DNA from: Thermodesulfovibrionales bacterium
Lineage (GTDB): Bacteria; Nitrospirota; Thermodesulfovibrionia; Thermodesulfovibrionales; SM23-35
DNA length: 64,000 nucleotides
NCBI GenBank assembly: GCA_963716185.1
Contig: OY970295.1
Location: 780,078 to 844,077 of the forward strand
Direction: 5' to 3'
Under the pieces are notes generated by a model. The model was not told where the DNA came from. It was given only the letters and a program-made list of their open reading frames with translations, and did not search any database. Shown in pieces: positions 31,158 to 41,060 of this stretch (position 1 is the stretch's first letter; each line of letters begins with the position of its first letter). Made by a program: the position numbers and the translations under genes.

Positions 31158-31231
31158 GTCATTCCGGCTCGTCCGGAATCTTTCCGGGCTTCTCAGAAGG
31201 ATTCCCGACGCGCTTCGCTTGCGGGAATGAC
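31158..31231. repeat. GTCATTCC-type repeat, family 3
   Basis: GTCATTCCGGCTCGTCCGGAATC ... GATTCCCGACGCGCTTCGCTTGCGGGAATGAC. Confidence 0.75.
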
Positions 31232-31290
31232 ATTCCTTTTATGCATGTACATAACACCAGTCATTTGTGAGACACTATAATAGCCACAAC

Positions 31291-31317
31291 AACAAAAAAG
31301 GCGGGCATGAGCCCGCC
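31291..31317 (-). terminator. rho-independent terminator of rplU-rpmA
   Basis: On the minus strand: GGCGGGC TCAT GCCCGCC followed by TTTTTTGTT, about 27 nt after the rpmA stop. Confidence 0.8.
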
Positions 31318-31343
31318 TTCCATATCTTCAAATATTCTCTTCT

Positions 31344-31604
31344 CTATTGCGCAGGCGGATAAACGCTTATCTGCAATCTCGTCCTGTCCTTCCGTTCAAA
31401 GTTCACTACGCCATCGACTTTGGCAAAGAGCGTATCATCAGAGCCCCTGCCCACATTCATGCCAGGATGAAACTTTGTGCCCCTCTGTCTGACAAGTATG
31501 CTGCCGGCCCGGACAAACTGTCCGCCGAACCTCTTAATCCCCAGGCGTTTCGACTCGCTGTCCCTGCCGTTCCTTGAACTGCCCACACCTTTCTTATGCG
31601 CCAT
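31344..31604 (-). CDS. rpmA: 50S ribosomal protein L27
   Basis: [28 protein letters not shown]. Confidence 0.97.
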   Translation of the reverse strand: MAHKKGVGSSRNGRDSESKRLGIKRFGGQFVRAGSILVRQRGTKFHPGMNVGRGSDDTLFAKVDGVVNFERKDRTRLQISVYPPAQ

Positions 31605-31606
31605 AT

Positions 31607-31924
31607 CTATCCTCCGAAAACTATTTCTTTAATTTTTAGGGCCGTATAAAGCTGCCTGTGTCCGTTTGTTTTCCTGTATACCTTCCGGGGCCTCTGTTTG
31701 TGAACGATTACTTTGCGTCCTTTCCCCATACCTTCCACTGATGCTATAACCTTTGCCCCGCCCACATAAGGAGACCCATAGATACCGGTACCCTCTTTTT
31801 GAATCATAAGCACTTTATCAAGAGTGACATCGGTACCCGTATCCGCAGTAAGTTTCTCCACCTTTATTGTCTCGCCGGGAGAAACTCTATATTGTTTTCC
31901 GCCATTTTCGATTATTGCGTACAT
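31607..31924 (-). CDS. rplU: 50S ribosomal protein L21
   Basis: [19 protein letters not shown] 5 nt upstream of ATG 31924; the ORF opens at 31936. Confidence 0.95.
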   Translation of the reverse strand: MYAIIENGGKQYRVSPGETIKVEKLTADTGTDVTLDKVLMIQKEGTGIYGSPYVGGAKVIASVEGMGKGRKVIVHKQRPRKVYRKTNGHRQLYTALKIKEIVFGG

Positions 31925-31983
31925 TCTTACCTCCAAAGTTTTTTAATTTAACATAATTAAGAGTGGAAAGACAATATTATACA

Positions 31984-32658
31984 TTAATCAAGAGTATTAA
32001 GGAAATCTTTCAGTATCCCCCTGTCTTCATCCGACATGGTAATAAACTCTATTCCGGCATCATATTTTGCCACACCGTCTGAAAGGTTCTCTTCACAATT
32101 GGCCACCCTTCCCTCAATATTTAACTCATGTTCACCGAGGTAAAGTTCAATGTCATGGCGGGAATTAAGGTCAAGACAATATTCGGTTTCTATCAGCATT
32201 CCTCCCTGGCTCAATTTTTTTACGGTATATGAATACGGGAAATCAAGCTTCATGTCCCTTACGCCCGCAACCTTAAACCTCATCCCCATAGACCTGTTTT
32301 CGATCATTTTAATTTTATTTTCCTCGATGAAATTCAGGAGCATGTCTGTCTTTTCACTCAGGGTCTCGACAAATTTTATACCGGCCTTGTAAACAGGAAC
32401 AACATTTTTTGAATCCTTGTCTTCTTTAGAAAAAAGAGTTGCCCACACGACACAGCCTCTTAAGGTCAAATACTTATCTTTGTACTTTATCTTAAAGGTA
32501 TATCCTCTATTTAATTCAAGCCTTCTTCTTGTCTCCACTGCCGCGCCGCTGATACTGATATTCAGAACTTCAAGGTCGGACGTATAGAGTACATTTCCGT
32601 GAATCCCCGCAACCGCATACCGCTTGTATCTCCTGTTATTATTATCCATATATCTCAA
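31984..32658 (-). CDS. PilZ domain protein (tandem; the second domain is degenerate)
   Basis: RRYKR (RxxxR) and NISISGA (D/NxSxxG) in the N-terminal half. The second half has a similar beta-rich pattern but lacks RxxxR. Confidence 0.7.
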   Translation of the reverse strand: MRYMDNNNRRYKRYAVAGIHGNVLYTSDLEVLNISISGAAVETRRRLELNRGYTFKIKYKDKYLTLRGCVVWATLFSKEDKDSKNVVPVYKAGIKFVETLSEKTDMLLNFIEENKIKMIENRSMGMRFKVAGVRDMKLDFPYSYTVKKLSQGGMLIETEYCLDLNSRHDIELYLGEHELNIEGRVANCEENLSDGVAKYDAGIEFITMSDEDRGILKDFLNTLD

Positions 32659-32680
32659 AAAAACCGGAGGGTACGGGGCT

Positions 32681-33484
32681 TCATCTCAGCACAATGCCTG
32701 CGTAGCCGACAACACGGTCATAATCTCCGCTCACCTCTGCGGATGTAGAATACTTCACGAGTCTTGCAGACCGGGCGCCGAGGGCCTTTGCGGCAAATAA
32801 TAAAGTAGTTACAGGCAAATATCCGCACATGGATATCCTCTCTCTGACCACAATTTCGTAGAGACCTTCGGGGTCAAGAGACAGTATCCTGTCGATAGCT
32901 TTTCCGTCTTTCTGCCTTGCGACATTGTCGGGCACGTAATGGCTCATGTCCGAACTCGCCGCGACAACTACAGGATAACCCACAGCTTTCACGGCCTTAG
33001 CTATGCCCTCTCCGAGCAGCCTGCACTCTTCGACGGAAGCAGAGAGCATAATAATGGGTACGATCTTGACATGACCGGAAAAAAACGAAATGAAGGGAAG
33101 CTGCACCTCGAGTGAATGTTCAAACATATGAGCCTTTGCATCTTTGGTTACAATAGGGACATTCATCGCAATTTTATAGGAAATCTGCTCATCGATATTG
33201 AATCTCCCTGTAGGTATCTCCCATTCGCCGGACTCCATCAGTGATATGCGTTCCCCAAACCCTGTATGATTTGGTCCGACCAGAACAAAAGTATCGGGAA
33301 AATCTATTGCCGAGTAAACAGCCCCGGCCACCGGGCCTGAATACATTAATCCCGCGTGCGGAGAAACCATCCCTATGACCCTTTCCTTCCTGGCGTTCTT
33401 GTCTACATAGTGCTCGACCTGTTCGGCCAGTTTAGCCGGATTCTCATAATAAAATTGCCCCGCAACAGCCGGAGACCTCTTCAA
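32681..33484 (-). CDS. Memo-like protein (AmmeMemoRadiSam system protein B family)
   Basis: N-terminal PAVAGQFY and a HAG..YSG pattern; typical length of about 265 aa. Confidence 0.8.
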   Translation of the reverse strand: MKRSPAVAGQFYYENPAKLAEQVEHYVDKNARKERVIGMVSPHAGLMYSGPVAGAVYSAIDFPDTFVLVGPNHTGFGERISLMESGEWEIPTGRFNIDEQISYKIAMNVPIVTKDAKAHMFEHSLEVQLPFISFFSGHVKIVPIIMLSASVEECRLLGEGIAKAVKAVGYPVVVAASSDMSHYVPDNVARQKDGKAIDRILSLDPEGLYEIVVRERISMCGYLPVTTLLFAAKALGARSARLVKYSTSAEVSGDYDRVVGYAGIVLR

Positions 33485-34854
33485 AAATCTTCCTCCCCGA
33501 TATTCTCATAGGCCCTGTCGGTCATGTTCATAAACCTCGTGCAATGAGAAATATATGCTAAATGAACCGTGACGCCGGCAGGACCATTTCTTTGTTTGGC
33601 AATGTCAACTTCTGCTTTTCCCTTATTGGCCGGGTTATCTTTATTATAGACTTCATCCCTGTAGAGAAAAAGTATAACATCCGCATCCTGTTCAATGGCG
33701 CCGGACTCCCTGAGGTCCGCCAACATGGGTTTTGGAGGTCTGCGCGACTCAACACTTCTATTGAGCTGGCTCACGGCAATGACGGGAACATGTAATTCCT
33801 TTGCCAGTCCTTTGAGCGAGCGGGATATATCCGATATCTCCTGTTCACGCCTTTCAAAACTTCCCTTCCCCTTCATCAGCTGAAGATAATCGACTATCAC
33901 GAGGCTCAGTCCGTGCTCCATTTTTAAACGTCTCGCCTTTGCCCTCAGCTCAAGGACGGTAATAGCAGATGAATCATCTATAAATACGGGCGCACCTGTA
34001 AGGTTGCTCGCCGCGCTCGTCAGTTTGTGCCAGTCCTCTTTTTTTATAAAACCCTTTCTGATGCTGTTCGAGTTCACCATCGCCTCGGAACACAGCATCC
34101 TTAAAGCAAGCTGCTCCTTTGACATCTCGAGGCTGAATATGGCGACAGGCTCTCGCATTTCAAGCCCGACGTGCTGGGCGACATTGAGTGTAAAGGCTGT
34201 TTTCCCCATAGAAGGCCTTCCACCGATCACGACAAGGTCCCCTTTCTGGAAACCTGTTGTAAGGTCATCAAGGTCCTTGAATCCCGAAGGCACCCCGGTC
34301 ACCGTTTCTTTTTTATCATAGAGATGCTCGATCATCTCGAAACTGCCTTTGATGACCTCCTTCAGGGACACGAATGAGGCTTTAACTCTTTTGTCCGAGA
34401 TGTCGAAGATTGACTTCTCTGCATAGTCGACAAGGTCCTCTGCATCAAGATTGTCCTCATACACCTTGCCCGCAATCTCGTTTGCCGATCTCAAAAGACC
34501 TCTCAGCAATGCCTTTTCCCTTACGATGTGGGAATGGTATTTAACATTTGCCGCGGTCGGGGTCATGTTCACCATCGATGACAGATAAGAAATGCCGCCG
34601 ACGGCCTCTAATTCGTCCTTCTTTCTAAGATAGTCAGTAAGTGTTATAAGATCTATAGGCTCATTCTTATCAAAAAGTTCCGTCATGGCATAAAAGATCT
34701 TCCTGTTCGACAGCTTATAGAAATCCTCGGGATCGAGGATCTCGAGAGTCTTGGGCAGAGCGTTGTTGTCAATTAAGACGGCGCCCAGGATAGACTGTTC
34801 AGCCTCAATATTCTGGGGAGGAAGTTTATTAAGATGAAGATCGGTATCTTTCAT
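33481..34854 (-). CDS. dnaB: replicative DNA helicase DnaB
   Basis: PPQNIEAEQSILGAVL, Walker A GGRPSMGKT, and RecA-like C-terminal domain motifs. Confidence 0.97.
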   Translation of the reverse strand: MKDTDLHLNKLPPQNIEAEQSILGAVLIDNNALPKTLEILDPEDFYKLSNRKIFYAMTELFDKNEPIDLITLTDYLRKKDELEAVGGISYLSSMVNMTPTAANVKYHSHIVREKALLRGLLRSANEIAGKVYEDNLDAEDLVDYAEKSIFDISDKRVKASFVSLKEVIKGSFEMIEHLYDKKETVTGVPSGFKDLDDLTTGFQKGDLVVIGGRPSMGKTAFTLNVAQHVGLEMREPVAIFSLEMSKEQLALRMLCSEAMVNSNSIRKGFIKKEDWHKLTSAASNLTGAPVFIDDSSAITVLELRAKARRLKMEHGLSLVIVDYLQLMKGKGSFERREQEISDISRSLKGLAKELHVPVIAVSQLNRSVESRRPPKPMLADLRESGAIEQDADVILFLYRDEVYNKDNPANKGKAEVDIAKQRNGPAGVTVHLAYISHCTRFMNMTDRAYENIGEEDF

Positions 34855-35044
34855 TCCCGTTTATAAATCCACTACTTGCAGAATCTGCTCCCATTCTGTG
34901 AATGGCAGATGTGATGAAAAAGCTCTATTTAGAGACACCTTGTTGCACTCACCTTGGCCCGGGCGGGTCCTTGTCCAAAAAGCACTGCAGGTTAAATTTG
35001 CAATGTGTATCATAATTAAATTTCGTCTCTTCGTACGGGTTTTT

Positions 35045-35062
35045 TCCCGAAAGCTTTCGGGA
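35045..35062. repeat. 18-bp perfect palindrome TCCCGAAAGCTTTCGGGA
   Basis: Exact copy lying between rplI and dnaB. Confidence 0.9.
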
Positions 35063-35094
35063 CTTCGCAGTTTCCGCAAGTTTAGGTAATCATT

Positions 35095-35538
35095 CTATTC
35101 TTCGACAACCTGTACGTTAACCTCTGCCGATATCTCGGGATGGACCCTCACTTTGACAGAATATGAACCAAGCCTTTTTATCGGCTCCTCAAGGGAAATC
35201 TTCTTCCTGTCTATATCAATCCCATCGTTTTTCAACTGTTCCGCAATATCCATGGTCGTCACAGAACCGAAAAGCTTCCCTTCCTCGCCGGCCTTTGCCT
35301 TAATTACAACAGTCGTGCCCGAAATCTTGCCGGCAAAGTCCTGCGCCTGATTTTTAATCTTTTTGGCCTTCTCCTGTATAACCTTCTTTTCGTGTTCCAG
35401 GGATTTTATATTCTTTACATTGGCTTCGACGGCAAGCCCCTTCGGCACCAGATAATTCCTTGCAAATCCGTCGGCCACATCGATAATCTGTCCCATATCT
35501 CCGATACTTTTAACATCTTCTCTCAGTATAACTTTCAT
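35095..35538 (-). CDS. rplI: 50S ribosomal protein L9
   Basis: MKVILREDVKSIGDMGQIIDVADGFARNYLVPKGLA. Confidence 0.95.
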   Translation of the reverse strand: MKVILREDVKSIGDMGQIIDVADGFARNYLVPKGLAVEANVKNIKSLEHEKKVIQEKAKKIKNQAQDFAGKISGTTVVIKAKAGEEGKLFGSVTTMDIAEQLKNDGIDIDRKKISLEEPIKRLGSYSVKVRVHPEISAEVNVQVVEE

Positions 35539-35754
35539 TGAAAATCTCCTTCCCGGTGAAAGATTTTATTCTTCAGTCAAATAGTCTTTGTGGATTATTT
35601 TCTTCTTCATTTTTGAGCCACGATAGTAATTCCAAAGGAAACGGCATTCCCCGCTCAAATACCGATGTTCATAACACTATAGGAGTCTTTAGTCTAAGTT
35701 TTATAGTATACCACGGATTTTGAATGTATTTAAAAGCAAATAATTGCACGCAAC

Positions 35755-35872
35755 GTAATCCTTCAGGGAAGTGTGGCATAGCATAACCCCTCCTTACCTC
35801 CCCTTACCTTAAGGGGAGGAATAAACCTCCTCTTAGGTTAAGAGGGGGAAGGGGAAGTTAATGAAGGATTAC
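35755..35872. repeat. family 2 double-hairpin repeat with terminal inverted repeats
   Basis: GTAATCCTTCA...TGAAGGATTAC ends. Internal hairpins CCTCCCCTTACCTTAAGGGGAGG and CCTCCTCTTAGGTTAAGAGGGGG. Confidence 0.8.
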
Positions 35873-35884
35873 ATCCGCACAATC

Positions 35885-36718
35885 TTACAATATCTTAAAA
35901 GGCGCCGGGATGAAAGTAACAATGAATATAACAAGTGCGAGCCACCCGATAAATTTTCGCTTCCCTCCCAATGGGGCTTTCCAATAAATTACAGGGGGAT
36001 GCCTCAGACCGAGGATCAGCAATAACACGGACCATACAAACCACCCTTCCCACGACAACAAGCCGAGCAATATCATCATAAAAATCAAGAAGATTGAAAG
36101 ACGGATATTTTTTTCTCCGAGGAGGGCATAAGCGATATGTCCTCCATCCAGCTGTCCGACAGGTATAAGATTGATAGAGGTCACAAAAAGTCCGATCCAT
36201 CCCGCAAAAGCAACGGGATGCAACAGTATATCCGAACCGGACGGAGTTGCGCCCAATATTATTTGAGACAGAAAAGAAAAGAGGATTGAATCACCGAGGT
36301 CCAGTGTGCCGTTTGCCTGAGTCACCGGTACTATATGAGACAGCTGGAGACCGACTATTGCGGCGATGACCGAGATAATGAACCCCGCGATGGGGCCGGA
36401 CGCCCCTATGTCTATCAGCGCCTCGCGCGTAACAATCGGAGATTTCATTTTAATAAACGCCCCGAAGGTACCGATGATCGTAGGGGCGGGAATAAAATAC
36501 GGGAGGGTGGCCTTTACCCCGTGTCTCCTCGATGTAAAATAGTGAGATAATTCATGACTCAGGAGGATCACCATCAGAGTCAAAGAAAAAGGAACGCCTT
36601 TGTAAATTTTTTCAGGTTCTGCAAAAACATCCGCACCCGTCTGCATCGCTCCGACAAAGAGCGTTGACATTATGGTAAGAATAAAGAGGATAAGATGTAA
36701 AAAGGGAAACTTTTTCAT
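35885..36718 (-). CDS. site-2 protease family zinc metalloprotease (peptidase M50)
   Basis: HELSH (HExxH) in a TM segment and NLIPVGQLDGGH; polytopic membrane protein. Confidence 0.9.
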   Translation of the reverse strand: MKKFPFLHLILFILTIMSTLFVGAMQTGADVFAEPEKIYKGVPFSLTLMVILLSHELSHYFTSRRHGVKATLPYFIPAPTIIGTFGAFIKMKSPIVTREALIDIGASGPIAGFIISVIAAIVGLQLSHIVPVTQANGTLDLGDSILFSFLSQIILGATPSGSDILLHPVAFAGWIGLFVTSINLIPVGQLDGGHIAYALLGEKNIRLSIFLIFMMILLGLLSWEGWFVWSVLLLILGLRHPPVIYWKAPLGGKRKFIGWLALVIFIVTFIPAPFKIL

Positions 36719-36816
36719 AGATTTCTATTCTTTATACCGTTCCTATGACTGTTTAATTTGACAGCAGGAATGATTTTGAGTGTCAAACTGTTATTATTAT
36801 AATTATATTCCATCGC

Positions 36817-36846
36817 AATAAAAAGGGCCTCCAAAAAAGAGGCCCT
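36817..36846 (-). terminator. rho-independent terminator of the GntR-family gene
   Basis: On the minus strand: AGGGCCTC TTTTTTG GAGGCCCT followed by TTTTTATT. Confidence 0.75.
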
Positions 36847-36905
36847 TTCAGGATAAAAAGCTCTGCCAAGCTTTTTAAACCAACCCTTATTCAGTTTTAA
36901 TTAAA

Positions 36906-37643
36906 TCATTTGATCCTTTCGAATTCCATCCGGACCTTGTCACCGGCGTTTAGTATGCATCTTGAATAGGCAACGGGATTTCCGTCCGCGCCAATAAAAA
37001 TCCTGCCGACTACCATTGAATGCGGGCCATCCTTTCTCCTCCCACTGACCGCTGCAGCCTTTTTTGCGGCGGATATCTCGGAAGTCTGCACGACTCTTGA
37101 TATTTTTTTTGTACCTTTTTCGTCTATCAGGTCAAGAAATGATTTGTACAGAATGTCCTCGTCGTCTATGGCAAGAAACTTACCTGCGGGCAAAAAAAAC
37201 CCTTCAATAATAGATGGGCCGCCGCCTGTATATTTCTTGCAAAGGACATAATGTATCCTGTCCGCTGTCTTAAGTATTTCCTTTATACCCCGTGAGGGGT
37301 CCCTTAAGCCCCTTTCCAGTATTTCTCTTCTGACCGTCATCCCTTTTCCGTTCGTGACGTCCGTCAATCTCGTTCTCATCACGGGACCAGGGTTCGGCAG
37401 AGAGTACAGAACAAATGTTCCCTTGCCCTGCTGTCTTCTAAGATATCCTTCCCTTACCAGTTCCTGGACAGCTTCCCGCACAGTCACCTTGCTGACATCG
37501 TAAGATTTGCACAGATCATCTTCAGTAGGTATCTGTGTCCCGGCAGGCCATTCACCCCCTTCTATTTTCTCTCTTATAATGGAATAAATCTGAACATACA
37601 GTTTCTCTTTGCTATCTCTGTCTATAGTTCTCTCAGTATTCAT
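36906..37643 (-). CDS. GntR/HutC family transcriptional regulator with a UTRA domain
   Basis: Winged-helix LPTEDDLCKSYDVSKVTVREAVQELVREGYLRRQQGKGTFV plus a C-terminal effector domain. Confidence 0.85.
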   Translation of the reverse strand: MNTERTIDRDSKEKLYVQIYSIIREKIEGGEWPAGTQIPTEDDLCKSYDVSKVTVREAVQELVREGYLRRQQGKGTFVLYSLPNPGPVMRTRLTDVTNGKGMTVRREILERGLRDPSRGIKEILKTADRIHYVLCKKYTGGGPSIIEGFFLPAGKFLAIDDEDILYKSFLDLIDEKGTKKISRVVQTSEISAAKKAAAVSGRRKDGPHSMVVGRIFIGADGNPVAYSRCILNAGDKVRMEFERIK

Positions 37644-37834
37644 ATGCTCATTACTTCATATCTTTATAACGTTTAGTAGAAAGCAATATGTATGCCAATC
37701 ATATAACTTAGCGATTTATTTGGATAAAATTGCTACTAAGGCAAGAAAAATGCAACTTCGAGATGCATTAAAAACAGACAGATGCGGATCCAGTAGGATT
37801 TTTTAGACATGAAATCAATTGTTGCAGCGAAACT

Positions 37835-39121
37835 TTATGTTTCTATTCTTATTCTTTTCAATGTCCTCTGGAGTTGCTGCCTGTGTATACCGAGTGCAAC
37901 AGCAGCCTTTGAGATATTTCCGCCGGATTTTTGAAGGGCAGAGCGTATCAATTCTTTTTCGACGCTCCTGAGCGCCTCCTTCAATTTCGGTGAAGGGCCG
38001 ACTCTCTGGAAGCGGTATTTGAGGAAGTGATGGGGCAGGTCAGCGGGCAGTATCTCCGGACTGTTCGCAAAAGATATCGCATGCTCGATAATATTCTCAA
38101 GCTCCCTTATATTGCCCGGATATACATAGTTTTTCAGGATATTCAAAGCTTCTTCGCTGATGCCTTTGATCAACAGATCTTTCCTCTTGTGGGCGTGTTT
38201 CTTCAAAAAGTGCTCTATTAAAATTGGAATGTCCTCGGTCCTGTCTCTCAGGGGCGGCAGATGGATATTTATGACGTTAAGCCTGTAAAAAAGATCTTCA
38301 CGGAACATACCCCTCTTGCAGGCGATATCAAGGTCTCTGTTCGTAGCAGAGATAATTCTCAGATCAACTTTGATCTGCCGCGTACCCCCTATCCTCATCA
38401 CTTCGCCTTCCTGCAGCACCCTTAGAACTTTTACCTGGAACAAAGGTGACACGTCCCCGATCTCATCAAAGAACACCGTACCGCCGCCGGCAAATTCAAG
38501 AAGGCCCTTTTTTGTATAATTGGCGCCGGTAAAGGAGCCTTTCTCAAAACCGAAGAGTTCAGATTCGAGGAGGCCGTCGGGGATCGCGCTGCAATTGATG
38601 ACGCCGAAAGACATCCCCTTTCTGGGACTCCATTTATGAATAGCCCGAGCAACGAGCTCTTTCCCTGTACCGCTCTCCCCGGTGATCAGGACATTACTCT
38701 CACTTGCAGCGGCCTTTTTGATCAAACCAAAGACCTCCTGCATCAACGCACTTGTTCCCTTGGTTTCGTCAAACCCGTTATCGTGATTAAGTATCCTCCT
38801 CTTGTGCCTGTTGATTACGTGAGCAAGGGTTTCAGGCGTGATCGGCTTTTCAAGGAAATCGGAAGCACCCAGTTTCATGGCCTCAACGGCCTTTTTTACT
38901 TCGGGTTTTGAAAAGGCTATAACGGGCATGCGTTGCCTTAATTCCAAGAGCCTTTTCTCCCAATCGCCGCTGTCGATATCAAGGAGGGCTAAATCGTATT
39001 TCAGCGGGCTGTCCGGGTCAGTATCTATAACTATGCCTTGGCTCGAATCCTTTTTGCCGCCTGATTTAAATAATGAGGATATCTCCCTCGAATTATCAGA
39101 GACAATCAATATGTTACGCAT
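37835..39121 (-). CDS. sigma-54-dependent response regulator (NtrC family)
   Basis: Receiver-like N-terminus, AAA+ domain with GESGTGKE and GSFTGA, and a C-terminal Fis-type HTH. Confidence 0.9.
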   Translation of the reverse strand: MRNILIVSDNSREISSLFKSGGKKDSSQGIVIDTDPDSPLKYDLALLDIDSGDWEKRLLELRQRMPVIAFSKPEVKKAVEAMKLGASDFLEKPITPETLAHVINRHKRRILNHDNGFDETKGTSALMQEVFGLIKKAAASESNVLITGESGTGKELVARAIHKWSPRKGMSFGVINCSAIPDGLLESELFGFEKGSFTGANYTKKGLLEFAGGGTVFFDEIGDVSPLFQVKVLRVLQEGEVMRIGGTRQIKVDLRIISATNRDLDIACKRGMFREDLFYRLNVINIHLPPLRDRTEDIPILIEHFLKKHAHKRKDLLIKGISEEALNILKNYVYPGNIRELENIIEHAISFANSPEILPADLPHHFLKYRFQRVGPSPKLKEALRSVEKELIRSALQKSGGNISKAAVALGIHRQQLQRTLKRIRIET

Positions 39122-39183
39122 GGTTCATTTTAAATCAGACATCCCGGAAAGATATAAATATTGGGCATTTACTCTTACCGTAA

Positions 39184-40164
39184 TCAAAATATACTTAATT
39201 TGAGATACCTTTTTGGATGCTCCCTGATGTCTTTAATGAGATCCTTGAACTCTGATACGGAACTCTTCAGGTCCGTCAGTGTTTCCTTCATATCTTTGGT
39301 CAACTCTTTGTCCCTGATCAGGCTTCCGGCAGCGCCTTCGCCCGCGTCAATTCTCTCCAGGATTGAAGAGAGTTGTTTTGAGGCGGTATTCAGGTTTTCA
39401 TACAATGACGGGTCCTGGGCAAGCTTCATCAGTGTCCCCTGCCCCTCGTTCACCTTTTTGCTGAACTCCTCCATCGATGACGCCGTACGCAGCATTTTGT
39501 TATAGAGCGAAGGGTCCTCCACAAGCATCTTCATCGTCCCCTTGGACTCCCTGAAGTCCTTCAAGATCAGAGAAAGGCTCAGGGTCGCATTTTTCAGATT
39601 GTCGTAGACCGCAGGGTCCGTAAAAAGCTTTGCTATAGTGCCTTTATGGGTTTCAACATTTTCAAGGAATCCCGTGAACTTGTCCAGGACCTCGGTTATC
39701 TTCTGAATAGACTTTGCACTTGCATTCACTATGTCCTGAAGCTCAATCTGTGTAGCGCCTTTGATCATATCCCCCGGTTTGATAGGTCCGGCCTGAGGAG
39801 AGCCGTTGCTTAATTCCACATACTTGTCACCCAGAAGTCCCAGGGTAAGAATGGTGGCCTTGACGTCCTTGTTGATTAATCTCGCCGCATCCCTGTTGAT
39901 AGAAATTGTGACCAATGTACCGTATTCCGGGTTAAGTTCTATATTTTCTACCTTGCCTATTTCGACTCCGGAATACCAGACCGGCGAGCCCGCTCTTAAA
40001 CCCCTTACGTCCTTAATCTGGGCCTTTATCCGGATCTCGGGCGTAAATATGTTCTTGATGCCGCCCGCAAAAAAAACCGTCAGAAACAGCAATAAAAGGG
40101 CAAGAGTAATTACCAGGCCGACCTTGAGTTTCGACCACGCAAGCTGTTTTTTCATGTCAAACAT
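39184..40164 (-). CDS. mlaD: MlaD/MCE-family substrate-binding protein with a long helical C-terminus
   Basis: N-terminal TM helix, then the MCE core GLRAGSPVWYSGVEIGKVENIEL. Follows mlaE and mlaF. Confidence 0.85.
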   Translation of the reverse strand: MFDMKKQLAWSKLKVGLVITLALLLLFLTVFFAGGIKNIFTPEIRIKAQIKDVRGLRAGSPVWYSGVEIGKVENIELNPEYGTLVTISINRDAARLINKDVKATILTLGLLGDKYVELSNGSPQAGPIKPGDMIKGATQIELQDIVNASAKSIQKITEVLDKFTGFLENVETHKGTIAKLFTDPAVYDNLKNATLSLSLILKDFRESKGTMKMLVEDPSLYNKMLRTASSMEEFSKKVNEGQGTLMKLAQDPSLYENLNTASKQLSSILERIDAGEGAAGSLIRDKELTKDMKETLTDLKSSVSEFKDLIKDIREHPKRYLKLSIF

Positions 40165-40205
40165 TTAAGCCTCCTGAATGGGTCCATAAGTAAGGCATCA
40201 TTAGT

Positions 40206-40283
40206 GAAAAATCTCCCCTCCCCTTTGCCAAAGAGTCCCGAAAGCTTTCGGGATTTGGCAAAGGGAGTTTAGGAGGGATTTTA
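40206..40283. repeat. family 1-related hairpin with the 18-bp palindrome at its apex
   Basis: CCCCTTTGCCAAAGAG [TCCCGAAAGCTTTCGGGA, 40236-40253] TTTGGCAAAGGGAG, with AAAAATCTCC / GGAGGGATTTT ends. Confidence 0.85.
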
Positions 40284-40319
40284 TAATAAATGTCTTCATT
40301 CCTATGACTTTATTAGACG

Positions 40320-41060
40320 CTATTGAGCAATATTTGCGCTCAATTCGTCTGTAAACTTTTTAATGTCCGGGACATCCGAACGCAAAAGTCCGTCTTTGCC
40401 GCCGTCAAATATTATCTCGCCCTCTTTTAAGAACATAAACCTGTCAGCCACTTTTAACGCATCGAAGACCTTGTGGGTGACAATGATAAGACCTTTGCCG
40501 CTTTTGCATAAGTCGACAATAAGCCTGCATATATTATCAGCATTTATAGGGTCAAGCCCTGTCGTCGCCTCATCGAAAAGGAACATACTCGGTTCGAAAG
40601 CGACAAGTGACCTTGCGATAGCAACCCTCCTGTGCATTCCGCCGCTCAGTTCATCGGGCATAAAATCGATTGCCTCCTCCACACCCACAACCCTGAGCAT
40701 CTCCCCAACTTTCCGGTCTATCTCCTCTTCCGACAGCCTTGAATATTCCCTTAAACAGAACGCCACATTCTCCTTAACATCCAGGGAATCAAAGAGCGCC
40801 CCTTCCTGGAAGACCATGCTGAACTTCATCCTTATTTTCCTCAGTTCGTCTTCGCTCTTGCCCGCGATATCTTCACCGTAAACGATTATTTTTCCTGCAT
40901 CAGGTTTAATAAGCCCCAATATCAGTTTCAGTATTGTAGTTTTACCCTCTCCGCTCCCCCCGAGAATCGCCACCCGTTCATTTTCTTTTATCACAAAGTT
41001 CACGCGTTTCAATACCTCACGCGTTCCATAGGCAAAACAAACCTCTTCAAATATAATCAT
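40320..41060 (-). CDS. mlaF: ABC transporter ATP-binding protein (MlaF-like)
   Basis: Walker A GGSGEGKTT, signature LSGGM, Walker B LFLFDE. Confidence 0.9.
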   Translation of the reverse strand: MIIFEEVCFAYGTREVLKRVNFVIKENERVAILGGSGEGKTTILKLILGLIKPDAGKIIVYGEDIAGKSEDELRKIRMKFSMVFQEGALFDSLDVKENVAFCLREYSRLSEEEIDRKVGEMLRVVGVEEAIDFMPDELSGGMHRRVAIARSLVAFEPSMFLFDEATTGLDPINADNICRLIVDLCKSGKGLIIVTHKVFDALKVADRFMFLKEGEIIFDGGKDGLLRSDVPDIKKFTDELSANIAQ

